DNA from: Eledone cirrhosa
Lineage: Eukaryota
Assembly (NCBI GenBank): GCA_964016885.1
Contig: OZ024757.1
Location: 20,274,001-20,338,000, forward strand
DNA: 64,000 nucleotides
Direction: 5' to 3'
Under the pieces are notes generated by a model that made no database searches, was not told where the DNA came from, and saw only the letters and a program-made list of their open reading frames with translations. Each line of letters starts with the position of its first letter. The stretch's first letter is position 1. Below, in pieces: positions 40,987 to 53,937 of the stretch. Both the position numbers and the translations under genes were made by a program.

Positions 40987-41460
40987 CCCTTTACCATTCA
41001 CATTACTCTATATATACTATTATATTTTCATGGTAAAGGCTTTACCTCACATAACATTTACATCACTCTATATATACTATTATATTTTCATGGTAAAGGC
41101 TTTACCTCACATAACATTTACATTACTCTATATATACTATTACATTTTCATGGTAAAGGCTTTACCTTACATAATTATCTCGCATAACATTCACATTACT
41201 CTATATATACTATTATATTTTCATGGTAAAGGCTTTACCTTACATAATTATCTCACATAACATTCACATTACTCTATATATACTATTATATTTTCATGGT
41301 AAAAGCTTTACCTCACATAATTATCTCACATAATATCGAATCTGAGATTTTGAAAGTATTTATTTTGAGAACAATACATTAACATCAGTATGAGTAGCCA
41401 GTTACAGCCAGTTTCAACAGAAAGTGGTAGAGAATTCTGGCCGGTTTGAACATTAAAGGG
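40987..41460. mobile_element. piggyBac-type MITE with internal minisatellite
   Basis: TTAA|CCCTTTA...TAAAGGG|TCAA; about 5 repeat units. Confidence 0.75.
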
Positions 41461-41793
41461 TCAACTGGTTTACCAGTGTATACAGTAAGTTTATTTGCCT
41501 TTGGTGTCAGGAAGACTCCCGGCATATAACAGAAATAATATGGAAAGAAAAGGAAAAACAATGACGATAATAATAATAGAGGCCAGGCCAGGTATTCTTT
41601 TACATATGCAAGTGTTACAGTGTTAGATGTCTGCTGGCTATGTCTGTAAAACAAATAATCTAGACTCTGCGAGAAACTGAAGCGTGAATAAAATATATAT
41701 TTAGTTAGTGATACAAGATAAAATAAGTGAAAACAGATGCAAACAAAAATAGCAAGCAAAAATACTAAAAAAACTAATATAATACACACACTT

Positions 41794-41829
<36 letters not shown>

Positions 41830-42073
41830 TATATATATGATAGGCATTAATGAATAACATGTTAGATCACAGATCACATGACATTAAAAGGGGTTTAGAA
41901 ATCTTTGTTTTTGCATGACAATAATAGAAAAACATAAAAAAATATGATGCTTGCCATCAACTTTTAATTAGGTCTTTTTACACATTTCTATACCCACTCT
42001 ACATCTCCCATTGTATCAAGTACTCACATGATTAGTGGTCTCCTCAGTCTCAGCACTGTAGACTCTATTTATC

Positions 42074-42130
<57 letters not shown>

Positions 42131-42955
42131 TACATCATCATCATTTTACGTCCACTTTTCCCTGCTTGCAAGGGTGGGACGGGAACTGATTCTGGCTTGA
42201 TTTCTACAGCTGGATGCCCTTCCTAACACCAACCTCATTTACAGTGAGTGCTGGGTGCCTTTTTGCCGTGGCACGTCCACTTTACAGTGTGGGCTGGGTG
42301 CTTTTTTGCCGTGGAATGATAGGGACCCCAGTCCCTATCATCTCATTTCTAAAGCTGAGTTAACTGGAGCAATGTGAAATAAAGTGTCTTGCTCAAGGAA
42401 ACAACACATCACCCGGTCTGAGAATTGAACTCACAACCTTTCGATTGCAGGGCCAATGCTCTAACCACTAAGCCATGTGCCTCCATAAATATATATATAC
42501 ATACACACACATACATCATATATATATATATATATAGTAGGTGGGAGGTGGACTGTAAGGTGATTGTCAAATAATAACCATTTCAAGACAAAAGACAAAA
42601 CTAAAAGATAAAGGAGTCATAATAGATTAAACAGATATTTGATGGAACAGTTAAAAGGGTTTTTTCGTGGGAGTCGTTTCTTTTCTTTTTTGGTAAGTGA
42701 CTTTACTCACCCATATCTCTGCCCCAGTGTAAACATTGCTTAAATTATAGAAGTTGTTCATACATTTTTTTTATTAATATCTCTGCCTGAGACACAGAAA
42801 AAGGTTGATATTGACAACATGCTCTTAAATATATTGTAATATATAGTAAAAGCAAAAATTGTCAGAAGGTTTATATAGATATACTAGAAGCCTGTCTGGC
42901 ATTGCCTGGGAAATAAAAATGACTGAGAAAGAAACAGAGATAGAGAAAGAGGAGG

Positions 42956-43034
<79 letters not shown>

Positions 43035-43582
43035 GTAAATGGTAAACCTTTCTTTAATAATTTGAATCTTGATAATTGTGTGTATGTATGTTAATATAGT
43101 GCCCCTATGACTCCATCATGAGTTACCAGACAAAAACCATTAATCTGGATACCTAAACATAGAATGTTACGCGATGGGGAGGTTTCTTCTCTGAAGACCT
43201 TCTGCTGTCCAGCTCTCCTGAGAGTTTCTTACCCCTAGGCAAAAACCCATGTATTTAAGAATACGTATATCAAAATATTTTAACTGTTTGAGTTACAATT
43301 AAATTACATACATGAGAGTTTTACTAGCATATAGATGTGTCTTTAGTGAAGTAATTAGAAAAGAAAATTCCATTGCAAAGATTAAGTGACTAACCTATAT
43401 TGTATTCTCTTAACCCTAAACCCCAACCCAACCCAACCCATCCCATCCCCAACAAGCCCCTCTCAAAACAAAAACAAAATTGGTGATGGATATACATATC
43501 AACTAATATGCTTTTCTAGTTCAGAAAAGATTACATCTGACTTGTCTTCTTTAATCAGATATCCTTCTTCATAGCTACTTAC

Positions 43583-43609
43583 GGTGGTTTTAGGAAATGG
43601 AGAAATGAA
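43583..43609 (-). CDS. NAV2: Candidate 27-nt microexon (FISPFPKTT in phase 0)
   Basis: ctcttttactgtctctcacttccag|TTCATTTCTCCATTTCCTAAAACCACC|gtaagt. Confidence 0.55.
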
Positions 43610-44122
43610 CTGGAAGTGAGAGACAGTAAAAGAGTGCTATCGTATAGAGATAAATCAGTTCTTATTATGAGAAATAGGTGTGAGATGAGTTCTAAAGGAA
43701 ATAGGAGTGGTTTTGCTGGTTATTGGAGGGTAGGACAATATATGTCTTGCAGGAGTTATTCAGGTTCTAAGATGGTGGATTGGAAGAATCAATAGAGCAT
43801 TATATGCCATTGTGGTATTTATTCTGGCTTTTTACATATGTTCAAATCATACCAAGGCCAACTGTGCATTTGATCCTTCTGGGGTCAATAAAATAACTGG
43901 GGTTGATTTAATCAACTTTGCTGGCCTTGTGCCTGAATGAGAAATCAATACTTGTTCCAGCTCTGTGTACTGAGTTCATATTCTGCCAAGGGAAACTTTG
44001 CTTTTCATCTTTTTAAAGTGAATTAGCAGAATTGTCCGTGTCAGATGTTTTGCAGTATTTACTCTAGTTCTTTGTGTTTTGAGTTCAAATCCCGCAGTGG
44101 ACTATTTGAGTGGTAGACTTAA

Positions 44123-44319
44123 CCCTTTAATCTTCAAACCAGTCAAAATTCTCTACCTTTTTCTGTTGAAACTGGCTGTAACTGGTCGCTCATACTGATG
44201 TTAAGGTAGTGTTCTCAAAATAAATACTTTCAAAATCTCATAGATTCGATATTATGTGAGGTAAAGCATTTACCATGAACATACAATAGTATATATAGAG
44301 TAATGTGAATGTTAAAGGG
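44123..44319. mobile_element. piggyBac-type MITE, unexpanded copy in opposite orientation
   Basis: TTAA|CCCTTTAA...TTAAAGGG|TTAA; one copy of the minisatellite unit. Confidence 0.8.
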
Positions 44320-44756
44320 TTAATCTGTCACCTAGTTTAGCACGATGACCAAGCCCTTGGTTGCCTTTAGCAGAGTCCACTCTTGTGAGCTTTTTACTAC
44401 TACCACCCAGGGGATTGGGTGTCTTTAACAGTCCACTCTGACCATTAGGTGTGTCTATCAGGAGTCATTCTGGCACTTGGATATCTTCAGTAGTGTCCAC
44501 TTTGTTGTCAAGCAATTAGATCAGGTTTCTAGCTTGAGGATAGCTTTCTCCCTACCCAACCCTTCATCCCATATGTCTGGGGGAGAGAGAAGGGATGAAA
44601 AGAGCATTACTTATCCTTCCCAGACTAAACAGTAAAGAAAATAGGTAGTGGTGGCGGCAGTGATAGGTGGGTAGGTTGGGGGAAAAAGAAGTTCTGTTCA
44701 GATCCCTCCCCCTTTTTAACCAGTATTAAGAACAGCCACACCACCCCCACACTTAC

Positions 44757-44771
44757 AGACAACCCCAAAGA
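44757..44771 (-). CDS. NAV2: Candidate 15-nt microexon (SLGLS)
   Basis: gctaactttgtttcag|TCTTTGGGGTTGTCT|gtaagt; multiple of 3, open in phase 0. Confidence 0.5.
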
Positions 44772-45244
44772 CTGAAACAAAGTTAGCTATAGTAATACCC
44801 TGATACCCTAAAAAATAACCCCACCTCCTCTCACCCAACCCCACCTGATATCAGTAGTGCTAAATTAGAAGATGGTGCAGCAAATAGTGATAGATAGACA
44901 AGGAAAGGCAGAGAGGAGTTTGCTAAGAATATAAAAGATAAGAGACTAATGTGCTGCAGATTGTGGGGCTTTGAGTCTAAATGAAATAGAAAGATGTATG
45001 GAGTGTTAACAATGAAAACTGTTGTAGAACCATCTGGAATGGGAGGTGGGACGATGAGAGAGGGAGGGGGGCATATAGGTGGCTGATAACTGATGCAAAT
45101 GAAAGAAAAAACCTAAATGAAATATGAGTTCTCTACAGTCTGGTGAATTAGTTTTAAGACAAGCTACAACAATTGAAGTGTGAAGTACATCAAGACCAAT
45201 CAAGTTTAAGTGATGCTAATGTAAAAAATGCTTTTTTTTTTTAA

Positions 45245-46450
45245 CCCTTTAGCATTCACATTACTCTATATATACTATTATATTTTCATGGTAAAGGCTT
45301 TACCTCACATAATATCTCACATAACATTCACATTACTCTATATATACTATTGTATATTCATGGTAAAGGCTTTACCTCACATAACATTCACATTACTCTA
45401 TATATACTATTATATTTTCATGGTAAAGGCTTTACCTCACATAATATCTCACATAACATTCACATTACTCTATATATACTATTATATTTTCATGGTAAAG
45501 GCTTTACCTCACATAACATTCACATTACTCTATATATACTATTATATTTTCATGGTAAAGGCTTTACCTCACATAACATTCACATTACTCTATATATACT
45601 ATTATATTTTCATGGTAAAGGCTTTACCTCACATAACATTCACATTACTCTATATATACTATTATATTTTCATGGTAAAGGCTTTACCTCACATAATATT
45701 CACGTTACTCTATATATACTATTATATTTTCATGGTAAAGGCTTTACCTCATATAATATCTCACATAACATTCACATTACTCTATATATACTATTATATT
45801 TTCATGGTAAAGGCTTTACCTCACATAATATCTCACATAACATTCACATTACTCTATATATACTATTATATTTTCATGGTAAAAGGCTTTACCTCATATA
45901 ATATCTCACATAACATTCACATTACTCTATATATACTATTATATTTTCATGGTAAAGGCTTTACCTCACATAATAGCTCACATAACATTCACATTACTCT
46001 ATATATACTATTATATTTTCATGGTAAAGGCTTTACCTCATATAATATCTCACATAACATTCACATTACTCTATATATACTATTATATTTTCATGGTAAA
46101 GGCTTTACCTCATATAATATCTCACATAACATTCACATTACTCTATATATACTATTATATTTTCATGGTAAAGGCTTTACCTCACATAATATCTCACATA
46201 ACATTCACATTACTCTATATATACTATTATATTTTCACAGTAAAGGCTTTACCTCACATAACATTCACATTACTCTATATATACTATTATATTTTCATGG
46301 TAAAGGCTTTACCTCACATAATATCAAATCTATGAGATTTTGAAAGTATTTATTTTGAGAACAATACCTTAACATCAGTATGAGCGACCAGTTACAGCCA
46401 GTTTCAACAGAAAAAGGTAGAGAATTCTGGGCGGTTTGAACATTAAAGGG
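45245..46450. mobile_element. piggyBac-type MITE with expanded 60/71-bp minisatellite (~16 units)
   Basis: TTAA|CCCTTTAGCATT...TAAAGGG|TTAA; unit cattcacattactctatatatactattatattttcatggtaaaggctttacctcacataa. Confidence 0.85.
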
Positions 46451-47339
46451 TTAAATCTAATAATAATAATTGTTTCTACTTTTGGCACAAGGCCAGCAAT
46501 TACCCAGTAGATTACTGGTACTTTATTTTATCGACCCCCATAAGGATGAAAGGCAAAGTTAACCTCGGCGGGATTTGAACTCAGACTGTAAAGGGACGTA
46601 ACTATGCTAGAAAGCATGGCGTCCAACCCTCTACCGATACTGCCGATTCAATAATGGTGGATTGGCAGAATCGGTAGGGGGTCGGACGCCATGCTAGGGC
46701 GCATAGAGTTATGGCCCTTGCCATTCTGAGTTCAAATCCCGCTGAGGTTAACTTTGCCTTTCATCCTTACGGGGTCGATAAAATAATAAAGTACCAGTAA
46801 TGCACTGGGGTAATTACTGGCCTTGTGCCAAAAGTGGAAACAATTATTAATGGTTTAATAGGAGCAGTCACATAGTGGGGTTGATTACACTGACTAACAT
46901 TCCTGCCTTTCAATTTGTAGTGGCAGACGAGATAGGCGCATGGCCACCGTAAGCCTGCTGGAGAGCAGTTACTCTAAATAAATTTGATTGCACAGGGGGA
47001 GGCGTGGGTGGGGCAGTTCCGGTGACCATGTCTTGCTTTCATTTTTCCATCTGATTGCCTATTCTAACAACCAACCACTTTACAGAGTGAACTGGGTGCG
47101 TCTTTTATCATGTCACCAGCATGACCCCCTCACACAGTGAATTGAATGTTTTTAATCATGTCACCAGTGCAAGTTTACAGGGTAGACGGGGGGGGGGGGG
47201 GTGCTTTTTGTTGTGTCCCCAGCATGATGACCTTACAGGGTGAACTGAATGCTTTTTGTCATGTAACAAGCATAACCACCTTACAGGATGGACTGGGTGT
47301 TTTTTTTGTGATGATACAAGAGTTTACTGGATGATTTTG

Positions 47340-47830
47340 TGTCATGGTACCAGTACTACCACCTTACAAGGTGGATTGGGTACTTTTCTGTGATAACACC
47401 AACACTACCACCTTAAAGCGTTTACTGGATGCTTTTTATCATATCACCAGCACTACCACCCACAGAGGGGACTGTCACCAACACAACCACCTTACATGGT
47501 GGACTGGGTGCTTTTTATCATATCACCAGCACTACCACCCACAGAGGGGACTGTCACCAACACAACCACCTTACACAGTGGGAGGACTGGGTGGTTTTTA
47601 TTATGTCACCAACACAACCACCTTACATGGTGGACTGGGTGCTTTTTATCTTATTACCAGCACTACCACCCACAGAGGGGTCTGTCACCAACACAACCAC
47701 CTTACACGGTGGGAGGACTGGGTGGTTTTTATTATGTCACCAACACAACCACCTTACATGGTGGACTGGGTGCTTTTTATCTTATTACCAGCACTACCAC
47801 CTTACAGAGTAGACTGGGTGCTTTTTCTGT
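47340..47830. repeat. Degenerate tandem repeats of the RTE/SINE tail module (accaccttacatggtggactgggtgcttttt)
   Basis: Repeated short modules with ~120-bp higher-order duplication. Confidence 0.8.
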
Positions 47831-48399
47831 CATGCAACCAGCCCGAACACCTTAAAGGTTGGTCTGTGACACACGGACAACTTTCAGATTAAAATGAAAT
47901 AAAGACAAGTATTAATGAACTAAACTTATTCCCAGAATAATGGTCTTCCTGTATTCAGGTGGAAGATGGAGGTGGGTGTGTGTGTGTGTGTGAAGAATTT
48001 GAAAGAAAAAGAAAAAATGCAAAAAAGAAAGAAAAACAATAACACGAAAAGCCACCAGAGGGACATAAATTGTTATATTTAAAGGACATCAATAAATTTT
48101 AATGAATTGATTATTCATGCCAAAAATATTAGACATGCATTGATCTTTTGTTTTGTGTGAGTTTTTAGCTGAAAAAAAAAATGTTAAATAAAAGAAAATG
48201 AAAGACACAATTGTACAGGTGTTGCATAGTAACACATCACAGAAGAAATGAAAAGCAGAAAGTAATTCACTGTATATATATATGTATGTATGTATGTGTG
48301 TGTGTATATATATATATATACACACACATACATATATAAATATATATATACACATACACATATATATATACACATACACACATATATATACACATACAC

Positions 48400-48492
<93 letters not shown>

Positions 48493-48584
48493 GAGAGATA
48501 GATATAGAAGTAGAGTCAGATAGATATACAGAAAGACAGAGTATGAGAGGGAGTGCTATGAGAGAGTGAAAGAGGTAGATAGGA

Positions 48585-48615
<31 letters not shown>

Positions 48616-48725
48616 TAGAGAGAGAGAGTGCGAGTGAGACAAAGAGGTTATCAGTGGTAAAACAACATCAAACATTCTGCAACTATTGAACTCAATATCT
48701 GACAAAAGTGAAATATGAAGTAGAG

Positions 48726-48830
<105 letters not shown>

Positions 48831-48866
48831 ATTGACAAGCAGAAATGAAGCAGGTTGTTTGTTTAC

Positions 48867-48887
48867 CATTGGGAGATGATGTGGCCA
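48867..48887 (-). CDS. NAV2: Candidate 21-nt microexon (WPHHLPM)
   Basis: actaatgtctttttcgctatactttcag|TGGCCACATCATCTCCCAATG|gtaaac; multiple of 3, open in phase 0. Confidence 0.5.
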
Positions 48888-49053
48888 CTGAAAGTATAGC
48901 GAAAAAGACATTAGTTTCAAAAAGAAATTAGTTAAAAAACAACAATAAGAAAAAAATCTAGCTTTGAGGATTGGGAAATAATAGATGGGTGCATATATAT
49001 ATATATATCAATGATATTAAATAAATGGAAACTATATTTATAAAACCATATTT

Positions 49054-49112
49054 ATTCTATTATATATATTTCAAGCGTACTAAAACTTTGGTACGCTCTC
49101 ATCAGATAAAAT
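49054..49112 (-). ncRNA. Type I hammerhead ribozyme fold
   Basis: AUUUUAU CUGAUGA G-AGCGUAC/GUACGCU-U GAAA U-AUAU-A UA^AUAGAAU: 7-bp stem I, 8-bp stem II, short palindromic stem III. Confidence 0.7.
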
Positions 49113-49196
49113 ACAAAATTTGTCTCATAAATATTGACGTATCCAGGAAGGAGATTTTAACGGTTCAAGTTTTTAAGAAATTAAATCTCCTTTTTG

Positions 49197-49249
<53 letters not shown>

Positions 49250-51116
49250 CCAAAATACACCCTCGTCCCAACCCTACCCCCACCACCATCTACACCACCC
49301 CTTTCGATGTAAAGCTATGTTGGTACCACAACATCCAGTCCTAAATAAATGAGGTCGTGTAGGTGTCACGACAAAATAACACACAGTCCACGCTGTAATG
49401 TGGCCGTGTAGGTAACACGGTAAAAACCTCCCAGTCCACACTGTAAGCGTGGTTGGTGTTGGGAAGGGCACCCAGCCGTAGAAAACCCGCCAGACGTGTA
49501 GGTGTCACGACAAAATAACACACAGTCCACGCTGTAATGTGGCCGTGTAGGTAACACGGTAAAAACCTCCCAGTCCACACTGTAAGCGTGGTTGGTGTTA
49601 GGAAGGGCATCCCGCCGTAGAAAACCTGCCAGACAGTCCTATACGAGCAAGACAACCAATCTTGCCTCAAGTGGGACAATTCCCGTCCAGACCCATGCTA
49701 GCGTGGAAAATTGACGTTAAACGATGATGATGATGATGATGATATATATATATCTGCGCCCATCTATTATATATATATAAATATGCATTTATGTTTTGTG
49801 GTTCACCAATGGATGGAAATGGTCATTCCATTTAGTTAATCATGATGTAATAGTAGGAAAAGCACTCTACGTTACTCAACTCATCCGTCATTGATGTTGA
49901 ATCTCGGGGTTGATGTAGGAACAGAGTTAAATATTAGTTTGATTAAAACAACAGGAGGCCAGACTAAGTCTTTAAAGTTTTATTGTTACCAAAAACACCA
50001 GATATATATTTCAATGTAAGATCCTGGGGGCATCACCAGATGATGTAATAGTAGGAAAAGCACTCAGCAACTCACCCATTGTTGACCCACATCTGATGAT
50101 ATTGCCAGGATCTTACATAACCAGGCTATTGAAATTTTAATCAGGCCTCCAGTTATTTTAATCAAATTAACAAAAGTTGATGCATTTAAGGTTATGGTCA
50201 AATGATATTTCTTAATTCCTTTTCCGCCCTCTCCACTCTATCCTACTCTTAATTTCTACCCTCTCCTTTTTTTGTCCTTCTCCTTATACTTTTTCTACCA
50301 TCGCGACCACATATGGCAGCCATCAAAACCTTCACCCATACCAATGGTCAAGGGATAATTGTTCCACATCACAGCACACAGATTGATAATGTGAAACTCT
50401 TTACCCCAACACCCTCTCCTCTTAACTCTCTCTATCACACTAACTTACTGTATTTTATTCTATTCTATTTTTTTTTTTTTATTGTCATTTTGATTTATTT
50501 ATATTTTCTTTAATGAAAATACCATTTTTTTTTTTACTGAACTTCCCATTCCTGAATTCTACAGCGTAGTGAATAGTCACTCCCACAATTATAAGCTTTC
50601 TGAAGAAGTGTGATAAATAATTAAATATTACATATGATTGAACAATGTATAATGTAGTCAGCATATGTAGACAATTATAATGCACACAGAAACATATGTT
50701 AAAGCAAATAAATTCCTAATCTCCTTTCTTGCCGAAGTCTATATTTTTCTTGGTGTAATACTTGCTTATATGATATACTCCATGATTTCTTCTGGACCTA
50801 TATACCATATTCTCCTGCTTAGATATTGGATATTCATGCTATATGATTCAAAGGATACCGTCAAGTCAAATTCTCTGGTAAGCAGTTTTCTTGTTTAAGC
50901 ATTCATTCTTGATATACATAATATACATAAACAAAACTTTATCTACCCTATATATATATATATATAGTAATAGTTATACTTATATATTGAAATAAGGGTA
51001 ATATTGTATATTACCCGATTACCAGTAAGATGAGTAGCTCAATGTAAAATATCAGATATACTACAGAGCAGAAATGCAACATAAATAACAATCAAATTGT
51101 GTTTAAGGCATTTAAT

Positions 51117-51165
51117 AGCTTACGATCGTTTCATCCAGATATAAGTCTGAAATCATCAGAGCATA
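51117..51165 (-). ncRNA. Hammerhead ribozyme fold, inverted partner of 51285-51333
   Basis: GCU CUGAUGA uUUCAGA...UCUGGAu GAAAC-GAUC-GUA^AGC. Confidence 0.6.
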
Positions 51166-51284
51166 TAAAAGGTTAAAACAAATAAATTCCTATTCATTAG
51201 AACATTCAGCGGGATACATTATATGTGAGAAGACTAATTATAATTGTTAGTGTTAATTGTGAATGTTCTAATGATTAGGAATGT

Positions 51285-51333
51285 ATGCTCTGATGATTCC
51301 AGACCTATATCCGGATGAAACGATCGTAAGCTA
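51285..51333 (+). ncRNA. Hammerhead ribozyme fold
   Basis: GCU CUGAUGA uUCC...GGAu GAAAC-GAUC-GUA^AGC. Confidence 0.6.
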
Positions 51334-51371
51334 TTAAATGCCTTAAACACAATTTGATTGTTATTTATGTT

Positions 51372-51409
<38 letters not shown>

Positions 51410-51689
51410 TACAGATTAAAGTTTAAGGAAAGAATTTCTGCTTACTAATTATAAATATTTGCTCTACTGGTTTGTACATACATTATATATATACTAACAG
51501 CCTCCTGTGCTTAAATCTATTTATAAGTCACCCATTGGTATCTATATCTATCGTAATGCCAATTTTTTTTTGAAATAAAAGATGTTAAAAGGTAATTAAA
51601 TATTGCATAACATACTTTAAAATTTAGAATATCTAAATATAGAAAGTAATAAAAAAAAAAATTGAAAAATGTATTCTACGAAAATGATA

Positions 51690-52930
51690 AAACCTTTACA
51701 GAACTTCAGTATATACAATGTTTTTAAATTTTTTTAAAGTATACTAGCAGTTTAGCCCGGCGTTGCTCGGGTTTAAAATTTATGGGGGGTTCCTACTTTG
51801 GAACAACCTACAATCAATTGCTCATGTGAGAAACAGCCCTTTTCTAGATGGAGACCGACAACCTGCAGTGTTTTACCTTGGGTCTTGTTGATAGTCATTG
51901 TGTAACTGACTCTCTCTGTGAATTGCAATAGTTTGAAAGGGAAAAGGGACATCTGTTGGTATTAGTAGTATTCTAGGTATAAATACAATGTCTCCCTTAC
52001 CACATCCAGTGAGGATTTGGGCTTTGATAATGTGAGGCTGTAGCTCAGTCACAACCATGTGTGTCCCATTGCACAATCATGGCTGTGACCTTCCTCAATG
52101 GAAGGTTGTGTGGCAGCATACCGGACGGTTCCAGAGTGTTTAAAAAATTATGATGGGTTTTTTTTTGGGGGGGGGGGGGGCAAGGATTGCTCTTTCACAC
52201 AGCCATTTCGCGTTAGAATGGTGGATTTCAAAATTGGGGAATACTTGATTAAGTTTACAATGCTTTCCACAACAGTAGAGAATGATGAAGGATCAAAACA
52301 TCCTTCAGTATCAAGGGAGATTGCTTTTCTGTAAATGTAAACGGCTGAGAGGTGCTTATCAGTAACTCTGAGGGCCCCATTGACTCACTGCTTCCGTTTT
52401 CGGAAATAGGAGTCATTGGTGAGTGAGTTGGATGTAGATTGGTTAAAAACAAATGATAAAAATTTAAAAAAGAAAAAAATTTGTACAGAAGAAATCTCCG
52501 ATGCTGGAAAAATTGGTGGGTCCACCCCTGTCCACAGCTGATATATTGGCCATGCTCGAAGTTGGTCACCTCGTCGAACATATTCCATTTTTGTAGTACA
52601 AAGATGGCAGCATCGGAACCATTGTCGATGTATTTGCACACATACTTTATAGGTGCCCCTCGTCCCTCTCATCCCGTTTGAGGGGAGAGAGACTATTGCA
52701 AGCATGTTGGAGGTCACATTAGTTGAAAACAGGAAAAAACCTTGGATAAAAGTCTTCTTCACGATCTCAATCGGGTGCTTTTCTTTTAATTTAAAAGGCC
52801 GAGAAGTGCTTATCTGTAACTCCAAGGGTCCTCCCTCCTCCTTCCCCACCTTCGTTTTCGAATAAAGGAGTCATTGGTGAGTGAGTCAGCTTAACAACAA
52901 CAGCATTCACCTGTTATAGCGAAAGTTTAT
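51690..52930 (-). mobile_element. Helitron relic mosaic (Rep and PIF1-helicase fragments, 3' hairpin plus CTAG)
   Basis: CNGTxMVV...QILTGCGKGDIVFIPRIxLIPTDVPF, TINKTQG, KYVCKYIxxGSD, terminal KNIVYTEVL* at ~51698-51727; CCCGAGCAACGCCGGG...CTAG|T at 51744-51771. Confidence 0.85.
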
Positions 52931-52966
52931 TTTTTTTCAGTCTGTTGCGTTGTTGGATACACAGAA

Positions 52967-52997
<31 letters not shown>

Positions 52998-53906
52998 TCC
53001 AGAAACACACACGTACTGAAACAAACAAACCTACACACAACACACAAAGACACACATTACGTTTTAGTTAGCTAGAGAAAGGGGGATGGAGTGAGTCTTT
53101 ACATACATATATATAGATAACATGATAGATGAACAGAAAGTACCTGGGTGCTAGGAAGAGCTGTAAGCCCCCACCCTCATTCCATTTTCGGAAATAAGTC
53201 GACAGCAAGCATGTTGGATGTCAGATTAGTTGCAAACACACAAAACCCCTTAATTATAATTATTTCTACTTTAGGCACAAGGCCAGCAATTACCCAGTAC
53301 AGTACTGGTACTTTATTCTATCGACCCCGTAAGGATGAAAGGCAAAGTCAACCTCGGCGGGATTTGAACTCAGATCGTAAAGGGACGTAACTATGCTGGA
53401 AAGCATGGTGTCCGACCCTCTACCGATACTGCCAATCCACCGCCCTTAATTATAATCAATTTTATTTAGTGTTATTAGCAGTCAACGTATCACCAAGTTA
53501 CCTCCCTTACACCTGGTTTTACCTAGGTTTTCTCTCCATCCCATCCCATCCCACCCAAGAAAAAAATCGAGTTATTTAATAAGTACATATTACATCTGCA
53601 CCTGTTTGCATGTGTTCTTGGGTTCATTATGTATGTGCATAAGGGACAAGGGAACAGACTTCAGCTATGAAAACATCTGTCTGTTCCCTTGTCTTTAGAT
53701 TGGATTGCCTCGAAAATGTAACCTTATTACATAAGATGCTACATGATGATGTTGTGAGACTGGTCGTGTGCTTGAACAATCATGTAGCCACAATCACTAT
53801 TGAAATGTGTATCACAACTTTCTGAATAATGGACTCTTTAACATTTATACTGAACTTTGCATTTTCCTTATTCTACATAATACTCTGTCACTGACTGACA
53901 AATCAT

Positions 53907-53937
<31 letters not shown>

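Noticed and set aside
44845-44945. Acceptor/donor pairs around CACTACTGATATCAG|gtgggg
   Set aside because: Stop in phase 0 and weak donor.
45006-45100. Good acceptor (tttctttcatttgcatcag) followed by LSATYMPPSLSHRPT...
   Set aside because: No convincing donor before the stop codon.
45228-46343. 371-aa ORF, the longest in the track
   Set aside because: Translation of the 60/71-bp MITE minisatellite; not a gene.
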